From assembly GCA_003557385.1 (NCBI GenBank), contig PWON01000196.1, positions 3,457 to 67,456 of the forward strand: DNA of 64,000 bases. The letters are read 5' to 3'. The stretch comes from Bacteroidales bacterium. GTDB taxonomy: Bacteria; Bacteroidota; Bacteroidia; Bacteroidales; UBA7960. Position 1 is the first letter of the stretch; each line of letters opens with the position of its first letter. This document shows, piece after piece, positions 33,190 to 44,197 of the stretch. Both the position numbers and the translations under genes were made by a program. The notes beneath the pieces are model-generated. The model saw only the letters and a list, made by a program, of their open reading frames with translations. It did not search any database and was not told where the DNA came from.

Positions 33190-34215
33190 ATGGTCAAACA
33201 AATCACCAGGAAGCATTGTTTTTTTTGTTTGTCGATTGCATTGTCCGTGGCCTTTTTTGCCTGTTCCACCCGGGAACGGAAGCCTTTTTATGAGGCCGAT
33301 GTTTCGGGGATCCATTTAAATAAGATACTGGTCAGCCAATACGAAGAAATTCTATTCAATGCCAACCCCTTCATTTTGTCTGAAGAACTGGAACCCCACA
33401 GGGAAGCGTTCAGTATATTTTTGGGAGATGAGCCGGTCGGGCCGGAGGGCCAGCAACAGCTGTATGATTTTGTTACCGACCCGTTTCTGATAGAACTTTA
33501 CCTTGACAGCAGGGAACGGTGGGAATCGCTGGACGAACTAAGTAAAACGCTGACCGGGGCTTTCCGTTTTTATATATATCATTTCCCGGACGAAACAGTT
33601 CCCAGGGTGTATTCCTATGTCAGCGGCATCGATTACATCATGCCTGTGAAATACCACAACGGGCATATGGTGATCGCACTGGACGCTTACCTGGGACCCG
33701 GGTATGCAAATTACGACAACATTGGCCTGCCAAGGTACAAGTCTCAGCAGATGCGACCAGAAAAAGCCCCGGTGGATGCCATGCGCATGCTGGCGGAGCA
33801 ACATCTGGCGGAAGCACCGCATGTGCCTGAGAACCTGCTGGAGCATATGATATACCAGGGGAAAAAACAATTTTTCCTGGATTGCATGCTGCCCCGCATA
33901 CCAGACTCTCTGAAAATATCTTATACCACAAGACAACTTTCGTGGATGCAGGATAACGAAGGAGCGGTATGGGCATACAAGCTTGATAACGAGTTGCTGT
34001 ATTCAACAGAACACGGGGTGATACAACAATTTTTACGTGATGCCCCTTTTACTTCTGTTTTTTCCAGACAATCGGCCCCGCGTACAGGCGTTTACCTTGG
34101 CTGGCAGATTGTACGGGAATATATGCGGCGCAATCCTGATGTGAGCCTTCAGGAGCTGATCCATGAAGGGGATGCACGCAAGATCCTGGCCGGGGCACGC
34201 TACAGGCCCCGTTAA
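33190..34215 (+). CDS. gldB: GldB-like lipoprotein
   Basis: Lipobox FFAC, ALDAYLG, MIYQGK, APFT, G-YLGWQIVREYM; nadE/gldB/yihA neighbourhood. Confidence 0.72.
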   Translation: MVKQITRKHCFFCLSIALSVAFFACSTRERKPFYEADVSGIHLNKILVSQYEEILFNANPFILSEELEPHREAFSIFLGDEPVGPEGQQQLYDFVTDPFLIELYLDSRERWESLDELSKTLTGAFRFYIYHFPDETVPRVYSYVSGIDYIMPVKYHNGHMVIALDAYLGPGYANYDNIGLPRYKSQQMRPEKAPVDAMRMLAEQHLAEAPHVPENLLEHMIYQGKKQFFLDCMLPRIPDSLKISYTTRQLSWMQDNEGAVWAYKLDNELLYSTEHGVIQQFLRDAPFTSVFSRQSAPRTGVYLGWQIVREYMRRNPDVSLQELIHEGDARKILAGARYRPR

Positions 34216-34829
34216 GGTATCACCGGGGGTATAAAATCTTTGTTACACCTTTCAATAAGCCCAAGGATCTCTTCCCTGCCCTCTCCGGTATTGCTGCTGC
34301 TGATTATGATGGGCGGAAGGGGCTCCCACTGTGCTGACAATCCTTTCTTGTACTCGGCAAGATGCCGGTTAAGAAGTCTGCGCGACAATTTATCAGATTT
34401 TGTAAATACCAGGCAAAACGGCAGCCGGTTCTCCCCTATCCACTGAAGAAAGGAGATGTCGTTTTTCATTGGTCCATGACGAATATCCAGCAAAATAAAA
34501 GAACAGAGCAGGTAGGGGCGTTTGGTCAGATAATCCCGGATCGTTTTTTCCCATTTTTTTTTCACCGCCACCGGGACCTTTGCAAAACCATATCCCGGAA
34601 GATCTGTCAGAAACCAGGAATCATTGATCAAAAAATGATTGATCAAGCGGGTTTTGCCAGGCGAGGCCGACGTCTTGGCCAGCTTTCCATGCCCCGTGAT
34701 CATGTTGATCAACGATGATTTCCCAACGTTGGAGCGTCCTAAAAAGGCATATTCCGGATACTTTTCCCCGGGACAGCCCTTATGGTTTGCGGAACTTTTT
34801 ACAAAGGTCGCCGACCTGATTACCATCAC
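34212..34829 (-). CDS. engB: Ribosome biogenesis GTPase YihA/EngB
   Basis: GRSNVGKSS, PGKT, DLPGYG, TKSD. Confidence 0.96.
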   Translation of the reverse strand: MMVIRSATFVKSSANHKGCPGEKYPEYAFLGRSNVGKSSLINMITGHGKLAKTSASPGKTRLINHFLINDSWFLTDLPGYGFAKVPVAVKKKWEKTIRDYLTKRPYLLCSFILLDIRHGPMKNDISFLQWIGENRLPFCLVFTKSDKLSRRLLNRHLAEYKKGLSAQWEPLPPIIISSSNTGEGREEILGLIERCNKDFIPPVIP

Positions 34830-35776
34830 TTGCTTGGCTTATAGGTATTTACATGCCGTTTGGCTTTGTCTTGGTATATGTCTTTTACGGTAACCATGAT
34901 GCCGGTCTCTTCCACCCCGCCAAAACCCTCATTAAATGCCGTGCCAAAGGTTTTCATCGTAGGACTTAGCCCCATATACGAATTAAACAGCGGAGGTATG
35001 TTCTCATCGCGCTGCCTGACTTTTTGCGACAATATCTTGTAATTCTCTTCAAACGAATTGCCCGTAAACTCTTTCTCCAACTGATCAAACGGCGTGTGAA
35101 TTTGTAAAGGTTCATGTGGCCACAGAAGCTGGTCTTTATCCGGGAAAAAGCGATGCATGAAAAACAGGATGAGGTCGCGGGCAAATGGGTCAAACTGCCT
35201 GAACATGGTCACTTTTCCAAGAAAATATGCCAGTCGGGGATAATCGACTGCCAGGCCACCCAAACCGTCCCAAAGATTGTCAAGCGAATAAATACTTTTG
35301 CGGTTCTCGCGCGAGGGTTGATAAGCCGGTTGAACAAAAGAGCGTCCCAGTTCAATGGTGTAGGGCAAATAGTCGTCAAGAAAATGCCTGGAGAACCCGA
35401 ATAATTGGGCCGTAGCCATACGAGGGGTCCCGTCATTTTCCCTGGGCACTTCCCAGCAACACATATAGCGGTATCCGCCAACAATCTCTTCTGCGGCCGG
35501 ATCCCATACGATTAACTGGTTATAAGGCACGGCAGCATAATCATAATCATCCAGGTCCAGTGCTTTGCCTGTTCCCCCACCAGCCTTTCTGAACGAAAGC
35601 TCACGCAGGCGTCCTACTTCGCGAATGGCATTTGGCGAATCGTGGGCAGTGATAATATAAATCTCATTGCCCGCTTTATTTGTTGTTCTGAAAAATCTGT
35701 CTTTATTTAATTCTTCTTTTAGCAACGCCCGGTCGACCGGGGATATAATCTCCATTTCCTTATTTGCCTCTGTCAT
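34826..35776 (-). CDS. glsB: GNAT/OlsB-type N-acyltransferase, GlsB-like (glycine lipid synthesis)
   Basis: EVGRLRELSFR, GGYRY, ELGRSFVQ, LDNLWDGL, IPPL; paired with an acyltransferase next to the dcw cluster as in Bacteroides. Confidence 0.72.
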   Translation of the reverse strand: MTEANKEMEIISPVDRALLKEELNKDRFFRTTNKAGNEIYIITAHDSPNAIREVGRLRELSFRKAGGGTGKALDLDDYDYAAVPYNQLIVWDPAAEEIVGGYRYMCCWEVPRENDGTPRMATAQLFGFSRHFLDDYLPYTIELGRSFVQPAYQPSRENRKSIYSLDNLWDGLGGLAVDYPRLAYFLGKVTMFRQFDPFARDLILFFMHRFFPDKDQLLWPHEPLQIHTPFDQLEKEFTGNSFEENYKILSQKVRQRDENIPPLFNSYMGLSPTMKTFGTAFNEGFGGVEETGIMVTVKDIYQDKAKRHVNTYKPSK

Positions 35777-35787
35777 TCGATTCGGTA

Positions 35788-36633
35788 TTAAGCATTAAAC
35801 GAAAGCTTACCTTCAGGCAAACCATACACATGTTCTTTTACTTTTTGTGCCCATTCCCGGTGACTGTATGCTTTTGTAAATGTTTGATGGGGAATGGGTT
35901 CGCCAATGATGATCCGGAGCCTCTTGTTTTGTTGTTTAAACATCTCATCGGGCAAAAACAGCATTTCCACATTAAACTTAATGCCCAGCCGCTTTCGCCA
36001 CAGGGCTAAATTATAGAAAAAACCGGAATTCTTGCCTTCTATGTATACCGGAATCACATCCCGTTTGTGTTGAACCGCCTTGGCAACAAAGGTTTTTTTC
36101 CATTCCAGGTCGCGGATCTCTGAACCCTGCCGCCTCGATACCAGTCCTGCAGGAAAGATCAGGATCAACCCCTCGGAGGCAAAATACGATTCCAGTATCT
36201 GCACCATCTCGGCGGTGTTGCGCCCGTGTTTATTTACCGGGATGAACAATTCACGCAAATTATGCAATTCAAGCAAGAGGTCATTGGACAGGAACTTTAA
36301 GTCAGGCCTTTTTTTGCCGACCACATGCATCAGGGCCATGCCATCGAGCCCGCCCAGGGGGTGATTGGCTACAAGTATGTGACGGCCACCGGCAGGGAGG
36401 TTTTCGGAAAGTTCAAGCTCGATGTCCATTTCAAATCGTTCGATCAGGGCCTTCTCAATAAATTCAAGCCCCCTGAAGTCTTTCAGGTACGCCAACTCTT
36501 CATTAATCTGGTCCTGACATACGATTCGTTGCAGATACCGGATTAAAAAGCCGGGGATAAACCGGTACATTTTCCCGGCATTTGCCCTGAGAACTTTGTC
36601 CAAATCTACACGTTCAAGTTTTTTTGGTTCCAT
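35788..36633 (-). CDS. glsA: PlsC-family O-acyltransferase, GlsA-like
   Basis: ANHPLGGLDG, IFPAGLVSR; start placed at MEPKK (36633), downstream of TATTTTTG (36716-36709). Confidence 0.7.
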   Translation of the reverse strand: MEPKKLERVDLDKVLRANAGKMYRFIPGFLIRYLQRIVCQDQINEELAYLKDFRGLEFIEKALIERFEMDIELELSENLPAGGRHILVANHPLGGLDGMALMHVVGKKRPDLKFLSNDLLLELHNLRELFIPVNKHGRNTAEMVQILESYFASEGLILIFPAGLVSRRQGSEIRDLEWKKTFVAKAVQHKRDVIPVYIEGKNSGFFYNLALWRKRLGIKFNVEMLFLPDEMFKQQNKRLRIIIGEPIPHQTFTKAYSHREWAQKVKEHVYGLPEGKLSFNA

Positions 36634-36881
36634 GACAAGACGATCTGATATGCTGCTTTGCCACATGCGGGGACCCATAATGAATCCCTGCGTGGATTTC
36701 AACCTATGCAAAAATAAAAAAAACATGGGAACTATGTCACAGGTCAAATTCCGGTGGTCAAAAGCACAAAAAAGAAGAAAAACAAAGGCGCAACACAAGT
36801 TGTCATATTTCGCTGTTTTTCAATACCTTAAAGAGCAATATGAGTTCTTAACTTTTGTATGGGCATAAAAAAGTTATCAAC

Positions 36882-36910
36882 AATGTGGTAAAAAGTGGGG
36901 AAAAGTGGTA
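36882..36910 (+). promoter_or_regulatory. MraZ operator: three GTGG boxes at 10-nt period
   Basis: AATGTGGTA-AAAAGTGGGG-AAAAGTGGTA directly upstream of mraZ; TATATTTA (-7-like) at 36921. Confidence 0.82.
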
Positions 36911-36954
36911 ATTTTATTCATATATTTACACATCCAAAACAATATGATGTAAAC

Positions 36955-37431
36955 ATGACAAAGCAACTGCTTGGCGAATTTGAATGCAAAATCGATGCAA
37001 AAGGGCGCTTCATGCTTCCTTCGGGTCTAAAAAAACAACTGGGTGCCAGCGACCAGGAACGTTTTGTCATAAACCGCGGTTTTGAAAACAACCTCACGCT
37101 TTATCCCGAAAGCGAATGGTTGAAAATATCCCGTGAAGTTAACACATTAAACCTCTATAACAAAAAAAACAGGGAGTTCGTGCGCTACTTTTTCCGTGGC
37201 GCCAGCGAACTCAGACTGGACTCAGCCGGAAGGCTGTTGCTGCCAAAACCGTTGATTGAGTATGGTGGTATAGGCAGGGAGATCGTTCTTTTTGCTTACG
37301 GACAACGCATTGAATTGTGGGCCAAAGAAGCTTATGAGGGAATGCTGGCCAGTGAACCTGATGATTTTTCCGCACTCGCCGAGGAAGTGATGGGTAAAAT
37401 AAACCAAGAGTCCGGAGGTGATGATGCATGA
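36955..37431 (+). CDS. mraZ: Transcriptional repressor MraZ
   Basis: IDAKGR and LDSAGR repeats, RIELW. Confidence 0.96.
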   Translation: MTKQLLGEFECKIDAKGRFMLPSGLKKQLGASDQERFVINRGFENNLTLYPESEWLKISREVNTLNLYNKKNREFVRYFFRGASELRLDSAGRLLLPKPLIEYGGIGREIVLFAYGQRIELWAKEAYEGMLASEPDDFSALAEEVMGKINQESGGDDA

Positions 37432-38347
37432 TTATCACAAGCCAGTGATGATTCGGGAAGCCATCGAGGGCCTTCATGTGGTTCGCGGGGGCACATATGT
37501 AGACGCTACTTTTGGCGGAGGCGGACACGCCCTGGCCATCCTGGAACGTCTTGGAGACGGACGGCTGATCGCCTTTGACCAGGACGATGATGCCACCCGG
37601 AACATTCCCGAAGACCAGAGACTTCTTTTTGTAAACCACAACTTCAGGTATATGAAAAATTTCCTGAAGCTGCACGGATATATACCTGTTGACGGCATTC
37701 TCGCCGATTTGGGTGTGTCATCGCATCAGTTTGACCAGGCATCCCGTGGGTTCTCGGCACGATATGATGGTCCGCTGGACATGCGAATGAACAAGATGGC
37801 AAAAACGACGGCCAGGGAAGTACTCAATACATACGAGCCCGACAAACTGGCCGGCATGTTTCGCATGTATGGTGAACTGAGGAATGCTGCCGGAATAGCC
37901 TCGGCTATTGTGGGCTTCAGGGAACAACAAGCGCTGGAAACCACCGGACAGCTTGCCGGCCTGCTGAAACCGATGGCACCAAGAGGCAGGGAGAACAAGT
38001 ATCTGGCACAGGTATTCCAGGCCATACGGATAGAAGTGAACAATGAACTGGAAGCCCTGAAGGAGCTTTTACTGCAAAGCGACAAGCTGTTGAAAGCAGG
38101 TGGGCGGCTGGTGGTGATTTCCTATCATTCGCTTGAAGACAGGCTCGTTAAACATTTTATGAAGACCGGGAATTTTGAGGGAAAAGCAAAAAAAAATTTT
38201 TACGGCAGCTTGCTAAGCCCATTCAGGCCGGTCTCAAAATTGCAAACCGCAGGCAAAGCAGAGCTCAACACAAATCCCAGGGCCAGAAGCGCCAAGCTAA
38301 GGATTGCTGAAAAAAACCCTTTTCCGAATGACAACGAACCAATATAA
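37421..38347 (+). CDS. rsmH: 16S rRNA (cytosine1402-N4)-methyltransferase
   Basis: DATFGGGGH, DLGVSS, LDMRM, SYHSLEDR, NPRARSAKLR. Confidence 0.97.
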   Translation: MMHDYHKPVMIREAIEGLHVVRGGTYVDATFGGGGHALAILERLGDGRLIAFDQDDDATRNIPEDQRLLFVNHNFRYMKNFLKLHGYIPVDGILADLGVSSHQFDQASRGFSARYDGPLDMRMNKMAKTTAREVLNTYEPDKLAGMFRMYGELRNAAGIASAIVGFREQQALETTGQLAGLLKPMAPRGRENKYLAQVFQAIRIEVNNELEALKELLLQSDKLLKAGGRLVVISYHSLEDRLVKHFMKTGNFEGKAKKNFYGSLLSPFRPVSKLQTAGKAELNTNPRARSAKLRIAEKNPFPNDNEPI

Positions 38348-38738
38348 ACAACAGGAAAAACCAAAGTCATCCAATCAGAAAGCCGGGCTGGGCCGTTTTT
38401 TTTTCGACATGCTGGACGGAAGCATGCTGACCAAAAACACCAACAGTGCGGTAATGCCATTCATCCTTTACCTGTCGGGCCTGGCCCTCTTCCTGATATT
38501 CAACACCTATTATGCGGAAGGAAAAGCCAGGGAAGCCGATCAACTCAGGCGCGAAATGACGCAACTGCGCATCAGGTACATCCACACAAAATCGGAATAC
38601 ATGTACCTGACACAGCAATCGGAAATTGCACGGCAGCTGAGGCCGGAGGGTTTTGTAGAATCGCTTGAGCCACCAAGGCCCATAAGCCAAAAAGGACATG
38701 ACAAGGGTCTGATTGGAAGATTGTTTTCAAACCAGTAA
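38328..38738 (+). CDS. ftsL: FtsL-like cell division protein
   Basis: One TM helix plus coiled coil, between rsmH and ftsI. Confidence 0.8.
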   Translation: MTTNQYKQQEKPKSSNQKAGLGRFFFDMLDGSMLTKNTNSAVMPFILYLSGLALFLIFNTYYAEGKAREADQLRREMTQLRIRYIHTKSEYMYLTQQSEIARQLRPEGFVESLEPPRPISQKGHDKGLIGRLFSNQ

Positions 38739-38752
38739 ATCAACCGAAGCGC

Positions 38753-40855
38753 GTGGAGCAAAATAGTGACATATTGTGGCGAATGCAGCTGATCTACCTC
38801 CTGATGGTCCTATTTGGGATATTGATCTTCGGAAAAGTGCTCTACATTCAATTTGTTGAAGGAGATCACTGGAGGGAGCAGGCCCGGAAAACCACCATGC
38901 GTTATGAAAATATTGATGCGGCAAGGGGGGATATTTTTTCGGACGACGGCATGTTGCTTGCCACCAGCTTGCCTATATATGAGATAAGGATGGATCTCAG
39001 CAAAGAGATCACGTCTGATGATTTGTTTTACAAGGAGGTGGATGCCCTTTCGTTGCAGTTGTCACGGCTTTTTGACGACCGGAGTGCCGCCCGTTACCGT
39101 GCCGACCTTGTGCGGGCCCGGCAGAACCAGGAGCGGTATTACCTGTTGAAACGGAATGTCAGCTGGACACAACTGGCACAACTCAGGACTTTCCCTTTGC
39201 TTCGATTGGGGCAATATCGCGGCGGATTGATTGTGATTGAACGCGCAAGACGCGAAATGCCATACAAAACACTAGCGGCCAGAACCATCGGTTATGAGCG
39301 CGAAGGGATATATGTAGGCCTGGAGGGTGCCTACCGGGAATACCTTGAGGGGATCCAGGGAAAAAGACTCATGCAGCGTATCAGTGGGGGCAACTGGATG
39401 CCCATCAGTGACCAGAATGAGATTCATCCGCAAAACGGCATGGACCTGGTCACCACCATCAACGTACACATACAGGACATCACCGAGAAAGCACTGCTCA
39501 GGCAACTCGAACGTTTCAGGGCCGACTTCGGAACGGTTGTGGTCATGGAAGTATCCACAGGAAAGATAAAAGCCATTTCCAACCTGTCGGCAAACCCCGG
39601 CAGCAACAGATATGAAGAGTCTTACAATTTTGCCATCGGATATGGGACTGAACCCGGTTCTACCTTTAAATTGCCGGTACTGATGGCTGTCCTTGAAGAT
39701 GGCCGGGTCAGTCCGTATGATTCCGTGGATACAAAAGACGGGCGTATCGCCTATGCTGACCGGATCATGCGTGATGTCAATGAAGAGGGGCACGGTGTCA
39801 TTACCCTGCACGAAGCCTTTGAGGTATCTTCCAATGTAGGCATTTCGAAGGTCATTGTCGAACATTACCAGGATGACCCCCAACGTTTCATCAACCGGCT
39901 CAGGCGCATGCACATAGACAAACCGCTGGAAGTTGAAATAGCCGGAGAAGCACAACCGGTGATCCGGAACGCCGGAGACCCGGGCTGGTCAAGTGTTTCC
40001 CTTCCATGGATGTCTATCGGCTATGAAGTATCCCTCACCCCTTTGCAAACCCTGGCATTCTACAATGCTGTGGCCAATAACGGCCGCATGATGAAACCTA
40101 TGTTTGTAAGTGAGATCAGGCAATCGGGACGTACTGTCAAACGGTTCTCCCCAGTAGTGATCGACAGCTCCATTGCCGGCTCATCCACCATCAGGCAAGT
40201 CCGGCAGATGCTCGAAGGGGTGGTGAAAAACGGCACGGCACGCAATATTCGCACAGAGGCTTATCCCATTGCCGGAAAAACCGGGACAGCCCAGGTGGCT
40301 CAAACCGCCAGGGGGTATCAAACATCTTCCGGGGTAAATTACCAGGCCACTTTCGTGGGCTATTTCCCGGCCGACAACCCCGTATATAGCTGTATTGTGA
40401 TGATCCACAATCCAAAAGGCTGGATTTATACCGGCAGCCAGGTGGCAGCACCGGTATTCAGGCAAATTGCAGACCGATTGTATGCCGCCCGGCTTTTCAT
40501 TCCGGAAGCCACACCCGAAACGGATGCACGTGCCCATTTGCCAGGCTTCAGAAATGGCCACCTGGGCGACATGCAAACAATTTACAGTGAATTGGGTGCG
40601 CACATGACGGGCGAACCCAGCACATATTGGGGCGGGGCAAGGGCATCTGCCGATACGGTTGTGTTCAGCGAGCGGCAGGTTATTGAGAACCTGGTGCCCG
40701 AAGTAGTGGGGATGGGGCTTAAAGACGCCTTTTTTGTCCTTGAAAATGCGGGTATGCGGGTAAGGTTCAGCGGAAGGGGTACGGTACGAAGACAGAGCCT
40801 GCGGCCGGGCACAAGGATACAACCGGGAAGTGTGATATACATTGAACTATGGTAA
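38753..40855 (+). CDS. ftsI: Penicillin-binding protein FtsI with C-terminal PASTA domain
   Basis: EPGSTFK, SSN, KTG; VPEVVGMGLKDA PASTA motif. Confidence 0.95.
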   Translation: MEQNSDILWRMQLIYLLMVLFGILIFGKVLYIQFVEGDHWREQARKTTMRYENIDAARGDIFSDDGMLLATSLPIYEIRMDLSKEITSDDLFYKEVDALSLQLSRLFDDRSAARYRADLVRARQNQERYYLLKRNVSWTQLAQLRTFPLLRLGQYRGGLIVIERARREMPYKTLAARTIGYEREGIYVGLEGAYREYLEGIQGKRLMQRISGGNWMPISDQNEIHPQNGMDLVTTINVHIQDITEKALLRQLERFRADFGTVVVMEVSTGKIKAISNLSANPGSNRYEESYNFAIGYGTEPGSTFKLPVLMAVLEDGRVSPYDSVDTKDGRIAYADRIMRDVNEEGHGVITLHEAFEVSSNVGISKVIVEHYQDDPQRFINRLRRMHIDKPLEVEIAGEAQPVIRNAGDPGWSSVSLPWMSIGYEVSLTPLQTLAFYNAVANNGRMMKPMFVSEIRQSGRTVKRFSPVVIDSSIAGSSTIRQVRQMLEGVVKNGTARNIRTEAYPIAGKTGTAQVAQTARGYQTSSGVNYQATFVGYFPADNPVYSCIVMIHNPKGWIYTGSQVAAPVFRQIADRLYAARLFIPEATPETDARAHLPGFRNGHLGDMQTIYSELGAHMTGEPSTYWGGARASADTVVFSERQVIENLVPEVVGMGLKDAFFVLENAGMRVRFSGRGTVRRQSLRPGTRIQPGSVIYIELW

Positions 40856-40856
40856 T

Positions 40857-42329
40857 ATGCAGAAAGCTTACAAATATCTTGCGGACATCATTTACAGGAC
40901 AGGGATTGTCGAGACCATCGGAACCACCCAGCGTGAGATCACCATGGTGGTGTCAGATTCACGAAAAGTAAGCGACGGAGCATTGTTTGTTGCCGTGAAG
41001 GGTTTGACCACAGATGGGCATCAATACATAGACCAGGCAATAACCGGCGGGGCAAAAGCCATTTTATGCGAAAGCATGCCCGGGTCGCAGGCAGAGGATA
41101 TCAGCTACATCAGGGTCAATGATACCAGCAAGGCCCTGGGAATTGCCGCCGCCAATTTTTATGACCATCCTTCGCAAAAACTAAAGCTTATCGGGGTAAC
41201 CGGAACAAACGGAAAAACCACCGTGGTACGTATGCTTCATGAGGTGTTTGCCCGGCTCGGCCACCGGTGCGGGCTCATGTCCACCATCAGCAATGTGATT
41301 GTTGACCGTGAAATGGCCACCAGCTATACAACACCTGATGCATTAACCACAAATCGCTTGCTGGCACAAATGGTGGAAGCAAAATGTACGCTTGCTTTTA
41401 TGGAAGTCAGTTCTCATGCCCTGGCACAATCCCGAACAGAAGGACTTCAGTTTGCAGGCGCCGTTTTTACCAACCTGAGTCATGACCACCTCGATTACCA
41501 TAAAACCTTCAAGGAATATTTAAAAAGCAAACAGTTGCTGTTCAACAAGCTGGGCGCATCATCCTTTGTGTTGACCAACCTTGACGACAAAAACGGGATG
41601 ATCGTAGTGCAAAATACGGCCGCCAATGTAAAAACATACAGCCTTAAAGCCATGGCCGATTTTAAGGGCAAGCTTTTGGAAAACAGTTTTTCAGGCATGC
41701 ACATCCATATCAGGCATACCGGGCTCTGGTGCAAGCTGACGGGAACATTCAACGCCTACAATATCCTGGCGGTATACGGCACAGGGATAATCCTCGGCAA
41801 ACAGGAGGATGAACTGCTCACTGCGATCAGCACCTGCACGCCCCCGGAGGGCCGTTTTGATTATTTTGTCGGGAAGAACAAGGTGATCGGCCTTGTAGAT
41901 TATGCCCATACCCCCGATGCCATTAAAAATGTACTTGAAACCATCAACGAATTACGCACAGGCAACGAGAAACTGATTACGGTGATCGGATGTGGAGGCA
42001 ACCGGGACAAAAAGAAGCGGGGTCCGATGGCAGCCATTTCCGCAAGCTACAGCGACAAAGTGATTTTTACAAGTGACAATCCCCGCGACGAAAATCCGGA
42101 AGATATCATTGGGGACATGGTCGATGGCCTGGAACTAAACCCAAGCCTGAAATCAAAACACATCGTCATTACAAAGAGGGAGGAGGCAATCAATATTGCC
42201 TGCATTATGGCAGCTGCCGGGGACATTGTGCTGGTGGCAGGCAAGGGGCATGAGAAGTACCAGGAAATCGGAGGAAAGAAATACCCATTTGATGACAAAG
42301 CGATCTTGCAAAAGCTATTAAACAGATAA
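40857..42329 (+). CDS. murE: UDP-MurNAc-dipeptide--meso-DAP ligase
   Basis: [34 protein letters not shown]. Confidence 0.97.
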   Translation: MQKAYKYLADIIYRTGIVETIGTTQREITMVVSDSRKVSDGALFVAVKGLTTDGHQYIDQAITGGAKAILCESMPGSQAEDISYIRVNDTSKALGIAAANFYDHPSQKLKLIGVTGTNGKTTVVRMLHEVFARLGHRCGLMSTISNVIVDREMATSYTTPDALTTNRLLAQMVEAKCTLAFMEVSSHALAQSRTEGLQFAGAVFTNLSHDHLDYHKTFKEYLKSKQLLFNKLGASSFVLTNLDDKNGMIVVQNTAANVKTYSLKAMADFKGKLLENSFSGMHIHIRHTGLWCKLTGTFNAYNILAVYGTGIILGKQEDELLTAISTCTPPEGRFDYFVGKNKVIGLVDYAHTPDAIKNVLETINELRTGNEKLITVIGCGGNRDKKKRGPMAAISASYSDKVIFTSDNPRDENPEDIIGDMVDGLELNPSLKSKHIVITKREEAINIACIMAAAGDIVLVAGKGHEKYQEIGGKKYPFDDKAILQKLLNR

Positions 42330-42331
42330 GG

Positions 42332-43588
42332 ATGCTGTACACATTATTTGAATTTCTTGATCAGAATTTTGACATTCCCGGGACCGGGGTATTTCAGTAT
42401 ATATCCTTCAGGGCAGGCATGGCCCTGATATTCTCACTGTTTATCACCATGATTTCAGGCAAACGGATTATTGACTTCCTGCACCAGAAACAAGTGGGGG
42501 AACCAGTGAGGGATTTGGGCCTCGAAGGACAAATGAAAAAACAAGGAACCCCGACCATGGGCGGGCTTATCATTATTGCCGCCATTGTGATTCCAACCCT
42601 GCTTTTTGCCCGGCTCAACAACATATACATCCTGCTGATGCTCATATCTACCCTCTGGCTCGGAGCCATTGGTTTTTTAGATGACTATATCAAGGTATTC
42701 CGCAAAGACAAACAGGGCTTACAGGGTAAATTCAAAATATTGGGGCAAATCCCCCTGGGTATCATTGTCGGGGCCACCCTGTATTTTCACGACGGCGTGG
42801 TGATTAGGGAAAAGACCGATATACCGCTTGAATTCATCAGCACCACAGAAATTCTTGAACTGGAGGGGGTTTCAAGGGCAGACTCCCCATTCCCGATAGA
42901 ATCAGTCAAGTCAACCAAGACCACCATACCCTTTTTCAAGGACAATGAATTTGATTATTCTGTCTTGCTGGCTTTTCTTGGTCCTGGATATGAAAGATGG
43001 GTCTTTTTGATTTTCATCCCGATTGTAATACTGATCATCACCGCAGTATCGAACGGAACCAATATCACCGACGGACTGGACGGGCTGGCCACCGGGACAT
43101 CGGCCATTATCGGGGTGACTCTCGGCATCCTTGCTTATGTTTCAGGAAACATGGTATTTGCCGATTACCTGAACATTATGTACATACCCAACACCGGCGA
43201 ACTGGTTATTTTCATTGCAGCCATGGTGGGGGCATGCATCGGTTTTCTGTGGTATAATTCCTATCCGGCGCAGGTGTTCATGGGAGATACGGGCAGTCTT
43301 TCGCTGGGCGGTATCGTTGCCGTGTTTGCCATTGTGATCAGGAAAGAACTGCTGATCCCCATATTGTGCGGGATATTTTTCATAGAAAGCTTGTCTGTGA
43401 TCTTGCAGGTTAGCTGGTTTAAATTCACCAAAAATCGTTTTGGTGCCGGCCGGCGGATTTTCCGGATGGCACCCCTGCATCACCACTACCAGATGAAAGG
43501 ACTGCACGAAGCCAAAATTGTCCAACGCTTTTTTATCGCAGGCATTATTCTGGCAGTATTTGCTGTCATCACGTTAAAACTAAGATAG
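42332..43588 (+). CDS. mraY: Phospho-N-acetylmuramoyl-pentapeptide transferase
   Basis: [36 protein letters not shown]. Confidence 0.98.
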   Translation: MLYTLFEFLDQNFDIPGTGVFQYISFRAGMALIFSLFITMISGKRIIDFLHQKQVGEPVRDLGLEGQMKKQGTPTMGGLIIIAAIVIPTLLFARLNNIYILLMLISTLWLGAIGFLDDYIKVFRKDKQGLQGKFKILGQIPLGIIVGATLYFHDGVVIREKTDIPLEFISTTEILELEGVSRADSPFPIESVKSTKTTIPFFKDNEFDYSVLLAFLGPGYERWVFLIFIPIVILIITAVSNGTNITDGLDGLATGTSAIIGVTLGILAYVSGNMVFADYLNIMYIPNTGELVIFIAAMVGACIGFLWYNSYPAQVFMGDTGSLSLGGIVAVFAIVIRKELLIPILCGIFFIESLSVILQVSWFKFTKNRFGAGRRIFRMAPLHHHYQMKGLHEAKIVQRFFIAGIILAVFAVITLKLR

Positions 43589-43616
43589 TCAATTTATTAT
43601 CAGAAGAAGTGAACAT

Positions 43617-44165
43617 ATGAATACCCTTGAACAAACTTTAACAGAAAGGAAAAACATCTGCAATGGCATGGCAGGGACGATTGCGGGCCGCCTGATTGAT
43701 GTCCGCAAACAAGGAATCAAGGAAAGCCTCGACGGATTTCAGAATATTCCACACCGTCTTGAAGACGTGGCGACAGTCAGGGGGATCCAATTCATAAATG
43801 ACAGCAAGGCAACCAACCTGAACGCCCTCTGGTATGCCCTGGAGAGCATGCGCAGCCCGGTAATCTGGCTTGCCGGAGGACAGGACCCGGGAAATGACTA
43901 TTCCATTGTGGCACCGCTCGTTAAGGAAAAAGTCAAGGCCATGATTTGTTTAGGGGTCGACAATGCCAATGTAGTCAGGTTTTTCCGTGACATCACCCAG
44001 CCCATTTTTGAAACAAGGGAGATGCACGTGGCGGTAAACATCGCATATGAACTCGGAGACCCGGGCGACGTGGTTTTGCTTTCACCGGCCTGTGCAAGCT
44101 TTGACCTTTACGACAACTACGCCGACAGGGGATCACAGTTTAAAAAAGCAATCTATGAACTGTAA
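43617..44165 (+). CDS. murD: MurD C-terminal fragment only (182 aa); truncated, split or relic murD
   Basis: HRLE, NDSKATN, LLSPACASFD, RG..FK present; no N-terminal domain or P-loop; only 28 nt separate it from the mraY stop. Confidence 0.85.
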   Translation: MNTLEQTLTERKNICNGMAGTIAGRLIDVRKQGIKESLDGFQNIPHRLEDVATVRGIQFINDSKATNLNALWYALESMRSPVIWLAGGQDPGNDYSIVAPLVKEKVKAMICLGVDNANVVRFFRDITQPIFETREMHVAVNIAYELGDPGDVVLLSPACASFDLYDNYADRGSQFKKAIYEL

Positions 44166-44197
44166 GCACTCAAACAAGATGTAACAAACATCAATCT

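Noticed and set aside
36634-36954. Possible replication origin (AT-rich, divergent genes, DnaA-like box)
   Set aside because: Only one imperfect box, no box cluster, and no GC-skew switch evident by eye; divergent promoters and the MraZ operator explain the region.
37414-37423. GGAGGTGA before rsmH as a further strong SD
   Set aside because: It lies inside the mraZ coding end (SGGD) and overlaps the candidate starts, so it may be coincidental.
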